From Prorocentrum cordatum (Eukaryota): 64,000 bases of DNA. The stretch spans positions 1-64,000 of the forward strand of contig CAUYUJ010000214.1 in assembly GCA_963575745.1 (NCBI GenBank). Reading direction: 5' to 3'. The notes beneath the pieces were generated by a model. The model ran no database searches, had not been told where the DNA came from, and was given only the letters and a program-made list of their open reading frames with translations. The number at the start of each line of letters is the position of its first letter. Position 1 is the stretch's first letter. Positions 37,308 through 49,859 of this stretch are shown piece after piece. The position numbers were made by a program, and so were the translations under genes.

Positions 37308-37775
37308 ATGATCTGATGGTGGTGATGATGATGATGTTGCTGCTGTTGATGATGATGATGATAATGCTGATGATGATGATGATGAGGACGGTGATGATGA
37401 TGCCAATGCTGACGCTGATGCAGATGCTGACGATGATGCAAACTATGATGATGCTGCTGACGATGTTGATGCTGATGCTGACGCTGATGCTGACGCTGAT
37501 GATGCTGATGGTGATGATGATTATGTCGATTATGACTATGATGATGATTATGATGCTGATGCTGCTGATGATAATGATGGCAATGACGATGATGATGGTG
37601 ATGATGATGGTGGTGGTAATGATGGAGAGGATGATGATGAGGATGAGGATGCTGAGGATGATGATGCGGATGATGATGCCGATGATGATGATGGTGGTGC
37701 TGGTGGTGATGATGATGATGATCCTGATGATGAGGAGGATGATGCGGATGATGAGGGTGATGATGACGGTGATGC

Positions 37776-37813
<38 letters not shown>

Positions 37814-38330
37814 CTGATCATGATGATGATGCTGCCGACGATGTGACGCTGATATGATGATGCTGATGATGCTGATGATGGTGGTGGTGGTGGTGGTGGC
37901 GTTGCTGATGATGGTATTGCTGCTGCTGATGATGATGCGTACGTATGTTGTTGCTGCTGCTGATGAGGATGCTGATGTTGGCAATGCTGATCGTGCTGCT
38001 GCTGATGATGTTGATACTGCTGCTGTTGCTGATGCTACTGTTGCTGCCGAAGATCATGCTGCTGTTGCTGATGAGGGTCGTGACATGCTGATGAAGATGG
38101 GACTGGTATCATAATGTTGCTGCGAGTGTTGCTGACGACGACAAAGACGGCGATGATGATACGGAAGATGCTGTTGCTGTTGCTTATGATGGTTGTTCTA
38201 TATGGTGATGCTAATGGTTATGATGATGCTGCAGCTGCTGATGACTATGATGTCGATGCTGATGAGGATCATGCTGATGTTCATGATAATGGTAATAACG
38301 GTGATGATGATGCTGCTTCTCATGATGATG

Positions 38331-38381
<51 letters not shown>

Positions 38382-38608
38382 CTGATCATGATGATGATGA
38401 TGATGCTTATGATGATGGTACTGATGATTTCGATTTGGATTTTGATGGTGATGATGCTGATGAGCATGATGATGATGCTGATGATGATGATGATGGTGGT
38501 GGTGATGGCGGTGACGGTGACGATGATGAGGATGATGGTGCTGATGCTGACGCTGATGCTGCGGATGATGATGGTGCTGATGCTTATGACGATGATGACG
38601 ATGATGAC
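37308..38608 (+). repeat. Degenerate (GAT)n field
   Basis: Directly visible. Confidence 0.97.
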
Positions 38609-38927
38609 GAGGAGGTGGCCCAGGAATCACGCTTCGCTCTGGACTTCATCACGGTTTACTTTGGAATCGTGCTATCGTTCGAGACCCCATCGCGATTCAT
38701 GCAAGGCTGACGCTTCGGCGACCCGCCCTCTCGACCTGGCTGTCGTTTCTCGCCTTCACGACCCGCCCGTGAGGGGCCGCCTGCCCGACCCGTTCTTCTT
38801 GTAAGGCGCTTTGCTTTGCTTCACTAAACCCCCCCCCTCCTGCAAATCTCCCTTGTGCTCCATCATTCTCCCTCCCCCTGTCCCTTCCCTCCTCCCTCCC
38901 CCCCCTTTTTAGGGACTGCGCCGACTA

Positions 38928-39080
38928 CGTGGTAGGTGAGGAAGATATACCCTCAACGGTGGTACGATCGAAGACGGGTAGGGCAGACATCGAGGGTTTG
39001 GGATGAGCATGTCGAGTGGCACGCGAGCAGATAAGAGCGAGCCGTCTTAATATGGTTGCTCTTGTTGTTTTCGCTGGTGT

Positions 39081-39175
<95 letters not shown>

Positions 39176-39250
39176 GTGGTGGTTGTGCTGATGGTAATGC
39201 TAATGACCATGTTACTGACGACGCCGACGATGCCATCGCCAATGATGACG
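38928..39250 (+). repeat. Family J copy 2 followed by near-perfect (GAT)n
   Basis: Matches 7829-7962; pure GAT run at 39081-39173. Confidence 0.75.
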
Positions 39251-39969
39251 ACGATGTTGTTGAACTATTGCTAACTCCTCACGGGTGCGCCTGGTTTTTC
39301 AGTCGAAGTGCCCCCCGACGCTCGCACCTGTTCTATTCCAGGGGAAGTATTGAGGCTCAACATGTGTCGTTGGTTCCCCGGCGACTCCTTAGAACTCATG
39401 TTGTGTTCTCGCTCTCGCACAGAAATTGTGCTCGCGTGCAAGATGCCCTCACAATGTACGTAGACATCGTGCTCCCTCATGAGAGTTCCTCACAGCTTCG
39501 GTTTGCATGCGTGGACAGACAGTGGCTTATTGCACTCTCGATGCGCACCACTGTGTGGGCTGCCAGGCAAGCGGTGCAATCTAATGGAGCAAGCCATGTG
39601 GTACAATCTATGTGGTGCAGGTTAGGTAGTACCACCTACGTGCTGTGAGCTATGTGGCACAATCTGTGTGGTGCGAGCTAGGTGGTGCAATCTGTGAGGA
39701 GCTAGCTTCTTGTTTTCCACTGTCTACAAAGCCGATATCAGTTGGCTCCCGCAGGAGCCCAACACTACTCTACATCGAATGCCACGCATCATGGCAATCC
39801 CAACTCGCACCATCCAGTCACTGAAGCAAGAGCATCAAGACGCGACGCGCACGTGAGGACCGAGGCAGGGCCGCTCCGCGCCGCAGACCAGCCGCGCCCC
39901 GCCTGCTCCCCCGCAGGAGCTCTCTCTGCCCGCCGGCAGGCGCCTCAGGCCGACTCGGCCGCGCAGGCC

Positions 39970-41000
39970 TCACGCCGACTCGGCGGCCGCCAGCCGCAAC
40001 AACCAATTTGCACAGACCGTGCCGTGCGCGCAGCACTGCTCGAACACAGCCGCGGCCCCGGGGGAAGACGTTCGCCTCATCCCCCTCTTGGCCCGAGGCC
40101 TCGCACGGAGGGCAGGCCCCGCCTGCGGTCGGACCCGGGCCTGCACCTCCGCCAGCCTGGCCCCCAGCACCCCCGAGGGGGTATCCACGCACCTGCGCTG
40201 CTTGGAGCTGCCCTGCAGCCACAACCACCACATGGCGATCCGCGAGGCTGCGCCAACCTCGTCGGCGGTCTGCTCGCTCTCGACCACGCCGCCGCAGCAG
40301 TCACAGCGCCAGCCGATGCCGCCCTCCTCGTGGCCGCTGCACCTCTCCATGCCGCCACGAGGGCAGCCCCCGCACGGGCCGCACGCGGCGCCGGCGTCGA
40401 GCTCGGCCCTGCACCCGCGGCCCCGCCCGCGGGAGAAGTGCGGCGCGCCCTCGGACTGCCCGCCGAACTTCTCGTCGCCCTGCTCCTCGTCCTCGTCGCC
40501 GCCGGAGGCCCCCACAGGGAGGGGGAGGGGGGGCGAACACCATCCCGCCCTCGGCCGGCGGCTTCCTCCACTGCGGCCGCGGACAGCACCTCCGGCGCCG
40601 CCCCGGTCTCATCGGTCACCTCGGTCACCTCATCCTCCTTCCCGCGCCACCCCGCGGCGGCGGCCTGGCCCGGGGAGGCGGCGCCCTGGCCCTGCGGCCG
40701 CCAGCGGACCTGGCGCCCTCGCCACAGGCTCTGGAGAGCGACGGCCGCCCGCTCGCGCCGCTCCGCAGCCTGCTGCTCCTGGCCTGCCGCCCGCCGCGCG
40801 CCTTCGGCCTCGGCCCATGCCGCAGCCGTGAGGACGGCCACCGCCTGGCCAGCCTGCCAGCGAGCGGCGCGGCCGCTGCCGGCGGGGCCCGAGGCAGCCC
40901 GCCAAGCTCCGTCCTTGAAGCGCCACCACGTCGGTGCGGGCGCAAGCCTGGGTGCCGCCGCCACTCCCAGACCTGTCGCCACCGCGCCCCCTCGAACAAA
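39970..41000 (-). pseudogene. Intronless relic ORF with IQ-like motif and Cys-rich segment
   Basis: ORF 40982-40077 contains AAVALQSLWRGRQVR (IQ consensus [ILV]QxxxRGxxxR). The shifted frame 40515-39970 contains CPRGGMERC..WRCDCCG. Confidence 0.4.
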
Positions 41001-41019
41001 GGAATGGCGATTGAATTAT

Positions 41020-42240
41020 CCACCCGCCCTGCCCGCTCCATAGCCCGCCCGTCTGGGTCCGCCCGCCCTGATGTCCCGCCCACCCGACCCGCCCGTGAAG
41101 GTCCGCCCGTTTGACCTGCCCGTCAGGGCCCGCCTCCTCGCGGCCCGCCCGTTAGAGGCTCCTCCTGCCCGGCTGCTTGCTCGTCGTACCCTCTTCGCGG
41201 TCTGCCTTGGGACTGGCACGAAAAGCGAGGCACCCCGATCGGGCGTTGCTAGAAGTGCCCCTGGCCCAAGGTGCCCCCCAGGATTTTCAAGGAGGACCCC
41301 TATGGCCTCAGAGCACCACTCTCGAGGCCCAGAGGGCCCCAGGGGTTCCAAACTCGGGCGAAACGCTGGGGGCGCCTTGGGCCAGGTGCCGCCCCCGACC
41401 CGAAGGGAGTACGTCCATGAACGAAGAGGGCGGGCGTCAAGGGTTCGGGCCATACGCTTCGAGGGGCACGCGGGCAAGGAGGAGCGAGGAGTCTCAAACG
41501 ACTGTTATGGTTGAGCTCCCACTCTGATGATCATTTGTCTTGGAACCCCACCGTCTCGTGCCCGGTTTGTTTTATCAAGCAGTGCGCCCCTCGGCTCTCG
41601 CACCCTGACATATCGCGCAGTGAGCTCGGGAATCGCGCTCTCGCTCGAGACCCCCTGGCCATTCGCTCGAGATTTGCGTTCTCGCCCGAGAATCCCTCAA
41701 CATTGTTTCAGTATCGCACTCCCGCCGCTCAGGAGTTGTGCTCTCTCGCGTGGGACCTCCCACAGCACATTCAGGAATTGCGCTCTCGCCACTCAGGCAT
41801 GGTACCCTCCCCCATGATGTCCGCACAGTATACCTAGGACTCGCGCTCTTGCCCGAGATTTCCGCACGATTTGCCCAGGAATCGCGCTTCAACTGCCCAT
41901 CCGCCGAGCCCGCCCGTGAGTGTCCGCCAGCCCGACCCGCTCGTCAGGGTCTCCCCGCCTGATCCACCCTTTAGGTCCGCCCGGCCGCTTGCATGGAAGC
42001 CCGCTCGCTTGCTTTGATGCGCACCTGCCCGACCCGCCCGACCCGCCCGCTAAGCTCCGTCTGTTCGCATGCTCGGAAGCCTGCCCTCCCGCTTTGATGT
42101 CCCGTCCGTACGATCCGTCAGTTCGGGCGCACTGGCTCGGAACGCATGTTGGGGCCCGCCCGCCCAAACCGCCCGCTACAATAGGGTCCGCCCGTCCAAA
42201 CCGCCCGTTCGGGTCCGCCCGCCCGACCCGCCTGTCTTGC
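41020..42240. repeat. Mosaic of (CCGACCCGCCCG)n tracts, family J and 130-bp-family fragments
   Basis: CCCGACCCGCCCG motifs at 41020-41150 and 41890-42240, as at 34280-34850. Confidence 0.7.
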
Positions 42241-43166
42241 CTTGTCGGGGGTTGCACAGTGCCTAGCACGAAAAACGGAATCCCACCAAACACGGGGTAC
42301 GTTGATGGACGACGAGGGTTGGCGTCAAGGGTTTGGGGTATTTATGTTGAATGACGCGCGGGCAAAGGAACACGAGCCGTCTCAACATTATGGTTGTCGT
42401 TCTTCTGATTTGTGACATGAGATTGTTGGTGGTGGTGATGGTCATGATAGTGTGTGTGTGTGTGTGTTCGCCTTTTTTGGTATAGTTCTCTGTGTGTGTG
42501 TGTGTGTGCGGATCCGAAGACATATGTGTGAAGTCAAAAGGTACCAGGCCATGGGAGGCAAAGTCACAAAACGGTAGCAGGAGGACCTGGGACCCAGGGT
42601 CACTGTGGTTGACCAGCACGGGCAGCTGGTTAAGGATGAGGATGAGACGTGAATCGCGCGAAGGGGAGAGGGAGGTGGGCGTGGAGATGGAGGGGGGAAA
42701 GGGGGCGAAGAGGGGTGGGGGAGAACGAGGAGAGGAGGATGAGGAGGATGAGTACGAGGTGGAGGAGGAGGAGGAGGAGGAGGAGGAGGAGGAGTACGCG
42801 GTGGAGGAGGAGAAGGAGGTGGAGGCTCAGGAGGACGAGGGAACTGGGCAGGGTGCGAGGGGGGAGGGCGAGGAGGGGGATGGAAGTTCTGGGGGTCGCC
42901 AGGTCTCCTTGCTTGTATTGGGTGGTCCAACTATGGCGGGGAGGTGTGGGAGAAGCAGGAGGATGACGTGAGAGTGGCCTAGTGGTTCATCTGTAGTTTC
43001 AGCGGGGGGATCTCACGGTGTTCCAGCGGTGTTGCATGGGAGGAGGGAGGAAGGGGAGGAGGACGAGGACGAGGAGGAGGACGAGGATGGTGATGGTGAT
43101 GCTGATGCTGCTGCTGCTGATGCTGATGATCATGCTGATGCTGATGATGATGATGATGATGATGAT

Positions 43167-43218
<52 letters not shown>

Positions 43219-43226
43219 CTGATGAT

Positions 43227-43266
<40 letters not shown>

Positions 43267-43524
43267 GGATGATGATGATGATGCTGATGATGATGATGAT
43301 GATGATGATGATGAGATATGATGATGATGAGATGATGATGATGATGATGATGATGCTGATGATGATGATGGTGGTGATGATGATGATGAGGAGGAGGAGG
43401 AGGAGGAGGAGGAGGAGGAGGATGAGGTGGTGGTGGTGGTGGTGGTGGTGTGGATGGCGGAGGGGGTAGAGGATGATGAGGTGGTGGAGGAGGAGTAGGG
43501 CGAGGGGGAGGGAGTGGGGGAGGA

Positions 43525-43556
<32 letters not shown>

Positions 43557-43607
43557 GAGGAGGAGGAGGAGGAGGAGGAGGAGGAGGAGGAGGAGGAGGA
43601 GGAGGAG

Positions 43608-45657
43608 AGGAACGCCCGCTCGCGAGGTCTTCTTGCCCAAGAACGCGCCCTCAGCCAGCGAGTCAAAGCTTCAGTCAAAGCGGACAGGACACGATGGTTG
43701 GAAGACAGCTTAGCAACAGGGGATTGGACACAGATCCGGCAGCTCAGGAAAAGCGCCGTTCCCCGACAGGGCCGTCTCCAGAATTTGGGCGGAGAGCTGG
43801 TCGACTCAGACACTCGCGCCGACACGCTGGCAGAATATTTCAGCAGGGTCCAATGGGCTGTTCGGCCAACCACCGTGGCCGGTTTCTCGGACAGTCTGGG
43901 AGCCGCCCTGCCGGTGTCGTTTCAGGACATCACAGAGGACGCGGTCGTGAGAGCCGCCGCCAAACTCAAGGCTGGGAGGGCGGCTGGCAAGGACGACGTC
44001 CCGGCGGAGTTCTGGAAGGCCGTTTGCATCCGAGAGACAGAAGCGTGCCGCTGGGTGGTGGCTCTGTGCAACAGGTGCTGGCGGGACCGCAAGGTTCCGG
44101 AGCCGTGGCACGAAGCGCTGGTCGCAGCCATATTCAAGAACGGAGATGTGGCAAAATGCGAGAATTACCGCCCAGTCTCGCTCCTCTCGGGCGGGTACAA
44201 GATATTCGCTGCCATCCTTTTGAACCGCCTGAAGAACGGCGGCGCCGAGGGCCGCGTATGGGCCACCCAGTTCGGCTTCAAGAGCCGGCACGGCACGGCA
44301 GACGCTATCTTTCTGGTGCGCAGGCTGCTCGAGCGCACATGGGCGGAAAAGAACGGAAGGCTGGTATTGCTCGCTCTCGACTGGGCAAAAGCGTTCGACA
44401 GGGTCTCGCCCGACGCACCCTGCCTCTCCTTGGAACGTTTCGGCGTCCCCGACCATTTCGTCCAGGACGCCAGGGCCATCTACACCAACCGCACCTTCGC
44501 CGTCCGGGATGCAGGAGTCACTTCAGCCACACACACACCCGCAGTTTTTCGGAGTAAGCCAGGGGGGCCCGCTTTCCCCGCTCCTCTTCGCAATCGTTAT
44601 GGCGGTGCTGCTACACGACGCGAAGAGAGAAAGAGAGAGAGAGAGAGAGGCGGCGCCGAGCTTGGACCCGAAACTGCACGCCCACGAGCTCGTGTATGCG
44701 GACGACACACTTCTGCTTGCCACGTCGGCTCACCTGGCGGAGGGGTACATGGGGGCCGTGCAGCGAGCTGGACTCCAGTACGGCTTGCAGTTCAATTGGC
44801 GCAAGATCGAGGTGCTGACAGTCGGCGTCGATGCGTGTTTATCGAAACCAGACGGCAGCACAGTCCCGCAGCGAGAAAGCATGGTATACCTCGGGAGCGC
44901 CATCAGCGACGACGGGAAGATATGATCAGAATTGTCGCGGTGGCTGGGCGCGGCGCGGGCATAATTTGACAAGCTTACCAAAGTCTGGAATCATTCGACA
45001 CTGACCCAACAGCGCAAGATCCGAATATTTGAGTCCTGCGTGGTGAGCAAATTGTTATACTGTGTCCACACGGCCTTCTTGCACAAGCAAGAAAATCGTC
45101 GTCTGGATGCGTTTCAGGCACGGTGTCTCCGCAAGATTCTCCGGATCCCACACTAATACATCAGCAGAGTCCCCAATGCAGTCGTGCTCCAGCGGTCGGG
45201 GGCACGCCTTTTGAGCAATTCACTCCTTCGTAAACAGCTGACCTTTTTGGGGCACGTCGCCAGGAAGCCAAGCGACGATGCCGTGCGCCTCGCAGTTTTC
45301 CAGCCGTTTTCGCATCAGCTGGCGGGTCCGCCCGAAAACAGGAAACGGGGGCGCCCGAGAAAGACCTGGCCGCAAGAGATTTACCGACATGCCTGCGCTG
45401 CTGCCGGGGGTGTGGAGGCCCTTCCGGCGCTCCTGCGCAACACAGCCCAATCGGCGACGGCGTGGCTCTCCGCTGTGCACACGTACTGTGACGCCGGGTA
45501 GTCGTTCAATTCGTGTTCATGTGCTTGTTTCTGTCTCACATCATTTGTGCGGCTGGCAGCTCAATTTGTACAATTTGTTTCACATGTTCGCCACATGGCC
45601 AATGCACCTCTGACGTGCACGGCTTTCTTCTTCTTCTTCTTCTTCTTCTTCTTCTTC
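43608..45657 (+). mobile_element. 5'-truncated, inactivated RTE-like non-LTR retrotransposon (reverse transcriptase pseudogene)
   Basis: Motifs AAGKDDVPAEFWK, NYRPVSLL, QFGFK, LDWAKAFD, GVSQGGPLSPLLF, YADD (44695-44706), YLGS, FQARCLRKIL, LGHVAR and RKRGRPRKTW. Frameshift near 44530-44545; stops at 44923, 44962 and 45154; (TTC)n tail 45624-45657. Confidence 0.93.
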
Positions 45658-45737
45658 TCTCTGCCGAGCTGACCCGATCCGAGGCGCGTTCGGATTCGAT
45701 CCTGGCCCCCGAGTCGATGCCGATGGGTCCTGGGAGG
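45655..45737 (+). repeat. ~80 bp direct repeat; second copy at ~47264-47346
   Basis: TTCTCTCTGCCGAGCTGACCCGATCCGAGGCGCGTTCGGATTCGATC..TGGGAGG, 3 mismatches by eye; both copies are followed by (GAG)n. Confidence 0.9.
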
Positions 45738-48700
45738 AGGAGGGGGAGGAGGAGGAGGAGGAGGAGGAGGGGAGGAGGAGGAGGAGGAGGAGGAGGAGGA
45801 GGAGGAGGAGGAAGAGGAGGAGGAGGAGAAGGAGGAGAAAAAAGAGAAGCAGAAGGAGGAGGAGGCGCAGGAGGAGGAGGAGGAGGAACAAGAGAAATAC
45901 AACATATAGCAGTAATACTACGGATAATAATAATACGAATAATAAGCGTAGTAATACTACTAATCGTAACCATGCTAAGTGGACGGGGACGAGGGCGAGG
46001 ATGAGGAGCTGGAGGTGGAAGGGGTGGGGGCGGGTCACTCGGCTACGGAGTGCAGCGTCCGCGGTGCGTGCCCGCTCCAGGCGGCCCAGAAAGAGCTCAT
46101 CGAGCCGCCGCCATCGCCGTCGCTGCCCGGTCACGCTGGCGCCTGAGGTGCCAGCCTGAAATGACGAGGCCCATTCCCGAGGGGAGGGCCGATGATTGCG
46201 ACGAGAGGGGGTGGGTAGGAGAAGGCGGAGGAGGAGGAGGAGAAGGAGGAAGAGGAGGAGGAGGAGGAGGAGAAGAGGGAGGAGGAGGAGTATGAGGAGG
46301 AGGAGGGGGAGGAGGAGGAGGGAGGAGGAGGAGGAGGAGGAGGAGGAGGAGGAGAGGAAGGAGGGGAGGAGGAGGAGGAGGAGGAGGAGGAGGAGGAGGA
46401 GGAGGAGGAGGAGGCGCAGGAGTAGGAGGAGGAGGAGGAGAAGGAGGAGGAGGAGGATGCAGGAGGCAGGCGGCAGGAGGGAGGAGGGCCAGCCCACCCA
46501 ATTCGGTGCGCTCCCTGGGGCCAGCTCGCGTCAGCGACGGCAGCCCGGCGGGCTTCCTATTCGGTTTTTTTTGTGGGCGTCGCGTAATGGGGGGGGCCAT
46601 ATATTGGGGGGGCAGCGAGGGCTGCAGAAAAGGGGCCCTGAAGGGCCCCTACAAAGGGCCCCTTAAAGGGGGCCCCTTGAGGCCCAAGAGTGGGCCACGA
46701 GGGCCCGAAAAGTGCACGTTGCCTGCCACCCCATTCTCGCCCTCCCCCGTTCAGCGACCCCCCACTTTTACGAGGTGCGGGTCGCGGTGTCGCGCGCAGG
46801 GCGCAGCCGCCCGCGAGGCCTCGAGCGGGCTGCCGGCGCCCACTGGGCGAGCCGCGGCCGCCCCCGGAGCTCCCTCGGCCTGCGGGGATTCCCCCCCCCC
46901 GCTCGGCGGGCGCGCAGCAGGAGGCAGGGCTCACTTCGCTCCGATCGATCCGGTTCGACATCGGGCTTCGTCTTGGGGCGCAACACGTGCCGTGCTCAAC
47001 CCGTCCGTGTCACTGCGTTCGGTTCTGGCTCCTCGAATCAGCCTTCGCTTTGGCGAGTGTCTGACGTCAGAGCTACGTTTTCAGTCCACGTGTTGAGTCC
47101 CGTATCAACGCGCTGCGTGTTGCGTGTTGCGAAGTCGGGGCAGCGAAGGCCCGATTCACTTCGAGTTTCCGATTCTCTGCCGATCTGGCGCGGCCCAAAA
47201 TACCTGCGTCGCGCTGCTGGTGCACCCTCTGGCGCAGCCGATCCCACTCGTTTTTCCGCCCGGCTTCTCTCTGCCGAGCTGACCCGATCCGAGGCGCGTT
47301 CGGATTCGATCTTGGCCCCCGAGTCGATGCCGATTGGTTCTGGGAGGAGGAGGAGGAGGAGGAGGAGGAGGAGGAGGAGGAGGAGGAGGAGGAGGAGGAG
47401 GAGGCAGGAGGAGGATGAGGGAGGAGAGGAGGGGAGGGGGAGGGGGAGGAGGAGGGGGGGGGGCGCCTCCGAGGAGGCCCCTCGACCGCCGCCCTGTCGA
47501 AGAGGCCAGAGCGGCACGGAGCACGCAAGCTTTGGGGGTCCCGCGCGGGGGTTGCCCGGGGGGTCCGTGCCTCGGGCCCTCCGGGCGATGCTTTCTGACA
47601 GTCTGCGCCGTGCAGGGAATGGTCAACACGCGCGCGCGCACACGCGCACTGGCGATGATATTTCCATGCTCGGCCAAGACTCTGCAACCTCGGCTGTACC
47701 CTCGCTTGCTCAGCGCGTTCAAGCAAAACACTATCATGCAAGATGCTCTGCCTTCTGCCAGCGTTGTGGCATTGTGCCGAGAGGACAGCAGCCACCGCCG
47801 ACGCCATCGTGACCTGAACTCGCCGCGATGGCAGTCGGCCGGGCCCGGCCGCCACGGGGCCTTCGGGGGCCTCGAGCGGGCCTCCAGGAGGCTTTCTGGA
47901 GGCCTCGGGGCCATTTTCTGGCGGGACTTCAGAGTTGCGGAGCAGCGTCAGGTGAATCCATGAGCGCTCAACTGGCCCTCGAGCCTGTACGGTGGAAGCC
48001 CATGCCAAGAAACACCCTGATTGCCTCCAGGGTGCCCTGGGTTTCTGGAGTTTCGATGCTTCTGCGATGGAAGACGTGAGGTTCCCGCACCAAAAATCCA
48101 TGGACGCCCTGGGGCCTCAGGGTTGGGTTTCTTGTGGAAGGTTTGTTTGGTCGAGCTCCTGCTGTGTGTCGCACAGACCCACCCGTCAGTCTCGGGGGCT
48201 GCTTCCTCCCGGGCCCTGGGTGCGAGGTGCCCGGATGCTGGGCCCTCCCCGCTCGATCGGGGGCCCTCCTGAGCTCCGACAGCTCGCGCCCACACGCCCT
48301 CACCGCCTCGCTCTTCCTCCGCCATCCTCCACAGATCGGCTCGAGCGTGCGCTGTTCTCGTCTTCGTCACGCACGATCCGCGTGGTCTCGGGAGCCGGCG
48401 CCGACGCTGGCGGGACGTCAGCCAGCGCCGAAGCTCGGCACGGCAGGCCGCGGCACCAGAGCTCCCCACCTCTTGCCCGGAGGTAGCGTCTCGCGCTCCG
48501 GATCCATGTCTGAGGGCCCCGGGGCCCGATGATTCGGGGGCCCCTTCCGTGTGGTGACCACACCGTGTGGTGAGTCGGTGGGGATTCGGGGTCACCGCAC
48601 GGTGTTGGGTCTCGAGTCCCTCTCCGAGGATGTCTCGGGCGACAGGGGCCTCCAGGGTCCCAAAACCGTGCTGCGACGGATCGTGCGGTGAGGTTTTGGG

Positions 48701-49859
48701 GGATTTCGAGGTCACCGCACGGTCCGTCACCGCTCCGTTTCAGGACTCCAAGATGATGGGCCCTGGTCGGACGGGGCTAGGACGAGGGGAAATACATTCC
48801 GGAGCGTTCCGGAACGCTCTCAGAGCGTTTCGGACCACTCCGAGAAGGCCGCGGCGCCCGAAACATCCGCCAGAGCCGCCAGATCTCGCTTACCAGCCAA
48901 TCGGGACCGAACCCACCGCGCCTCTGGAGAGTGTCGAGGGCTGCGGTCCGCGGCAGCCCATGGACGGGCGCGCGTTGAGTTCTTTGTTGGGCGCGGGCAG
49001 AAGCGAGATGAACCGACGTATGCCAGCGCGTCCGCAGCGCTTGAGGCCGGTGATTCCGTCGATGGTTATAGCGCGCGCGAGCTTGGCGGCTCTCATTGCC
49101 GGCGTTGCCAGACAGGGAATTGTAAGTCCGCGCTCGCCCCTCAGGGCCTGGCCCCGTTCCGAACAAACACTGCTGTCCATTTAAACATTTAGTGCGGTGT
49201 GCCTTTGGAGGCCTCGCGATGGCTCGGCGCTGATCGGGGATTCCTTGCAGCGCGAGGCGGTGCGAGCATCGCGCGGGCGCGTTGGCGGGTGATCCCGCTA
49301 ACTGCTTGGCGCAGCTAGTATTTTTGTGATTGTCGTCTTGCGCGTGCAATGTGCCCGGTGTGGCCACTGTGCCTCGCGTGCCTGGCGCCCCGCTGGTTTG
49401 CCTGTCGCGCGCGCGGCGCGCGCGCTTGCCGCGGGTTGCCTTCGATGTATTTTTGCTTGTGTTCCCTGCCCTCCCGCATTTTCGGCCCTCGCTTTGATTT
49501 CGCGGCGCTTCGCGCCATATCCTTTCTCCTCTACTCTCCCCCCCTCTCCTCGTCCTCCTCTTCCTGATATTGTTCCTCCCCGCTTCATTTCCTCCTTGTC
49601 CGTCCCCTTCCTTTTTGCGCGGTGGGCTTTCGGTTTGTAGCCGCGCCGAGGCAATTTCAGCACGCCCTTCGCGCCGCGCGCTGTTCGTTGTCCCCATGCG
49701 GCTTGACATTGAAAATCCCTGTGGTGTAAATCGTATGCTGACGCCGCAACAAGTCTAGCACGCGTTATGGCCCCGTGTGCATCCTTGCCGACGCGTCGTG
49801 GTCGCGCGCCGCCTCGCCGACCATTCCAAAACCATTTTCACAATGTCGGTTGCCTCATA

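Noticed and set aside
38622..38710. Exon-like CCCAG|GAATCACGC..(ESRFALDFITVYFGIVLSFETPSRFMQG)
   Set aside because: It matches repeat motifs at 41628-41660 and 41874-41890, so it is probably a repeat fragment.
43473..44969. 498 aa ORF as an intact RT gene
   Set aside because: The N-terminus is poly-E from (GAG)n, the frame is lost before YADD, and downstream stops follow; it is a pseudogene.
47952..48046. Exon-like GESMSAQLALEPVRWKPMPRNTLIASR
   Set aside because: GCCCATGCCAAGA..ACCCTG..GGGTGCCCTGGGTTTC is duplicated at 1658-1705, so it is a dispersed repeat.
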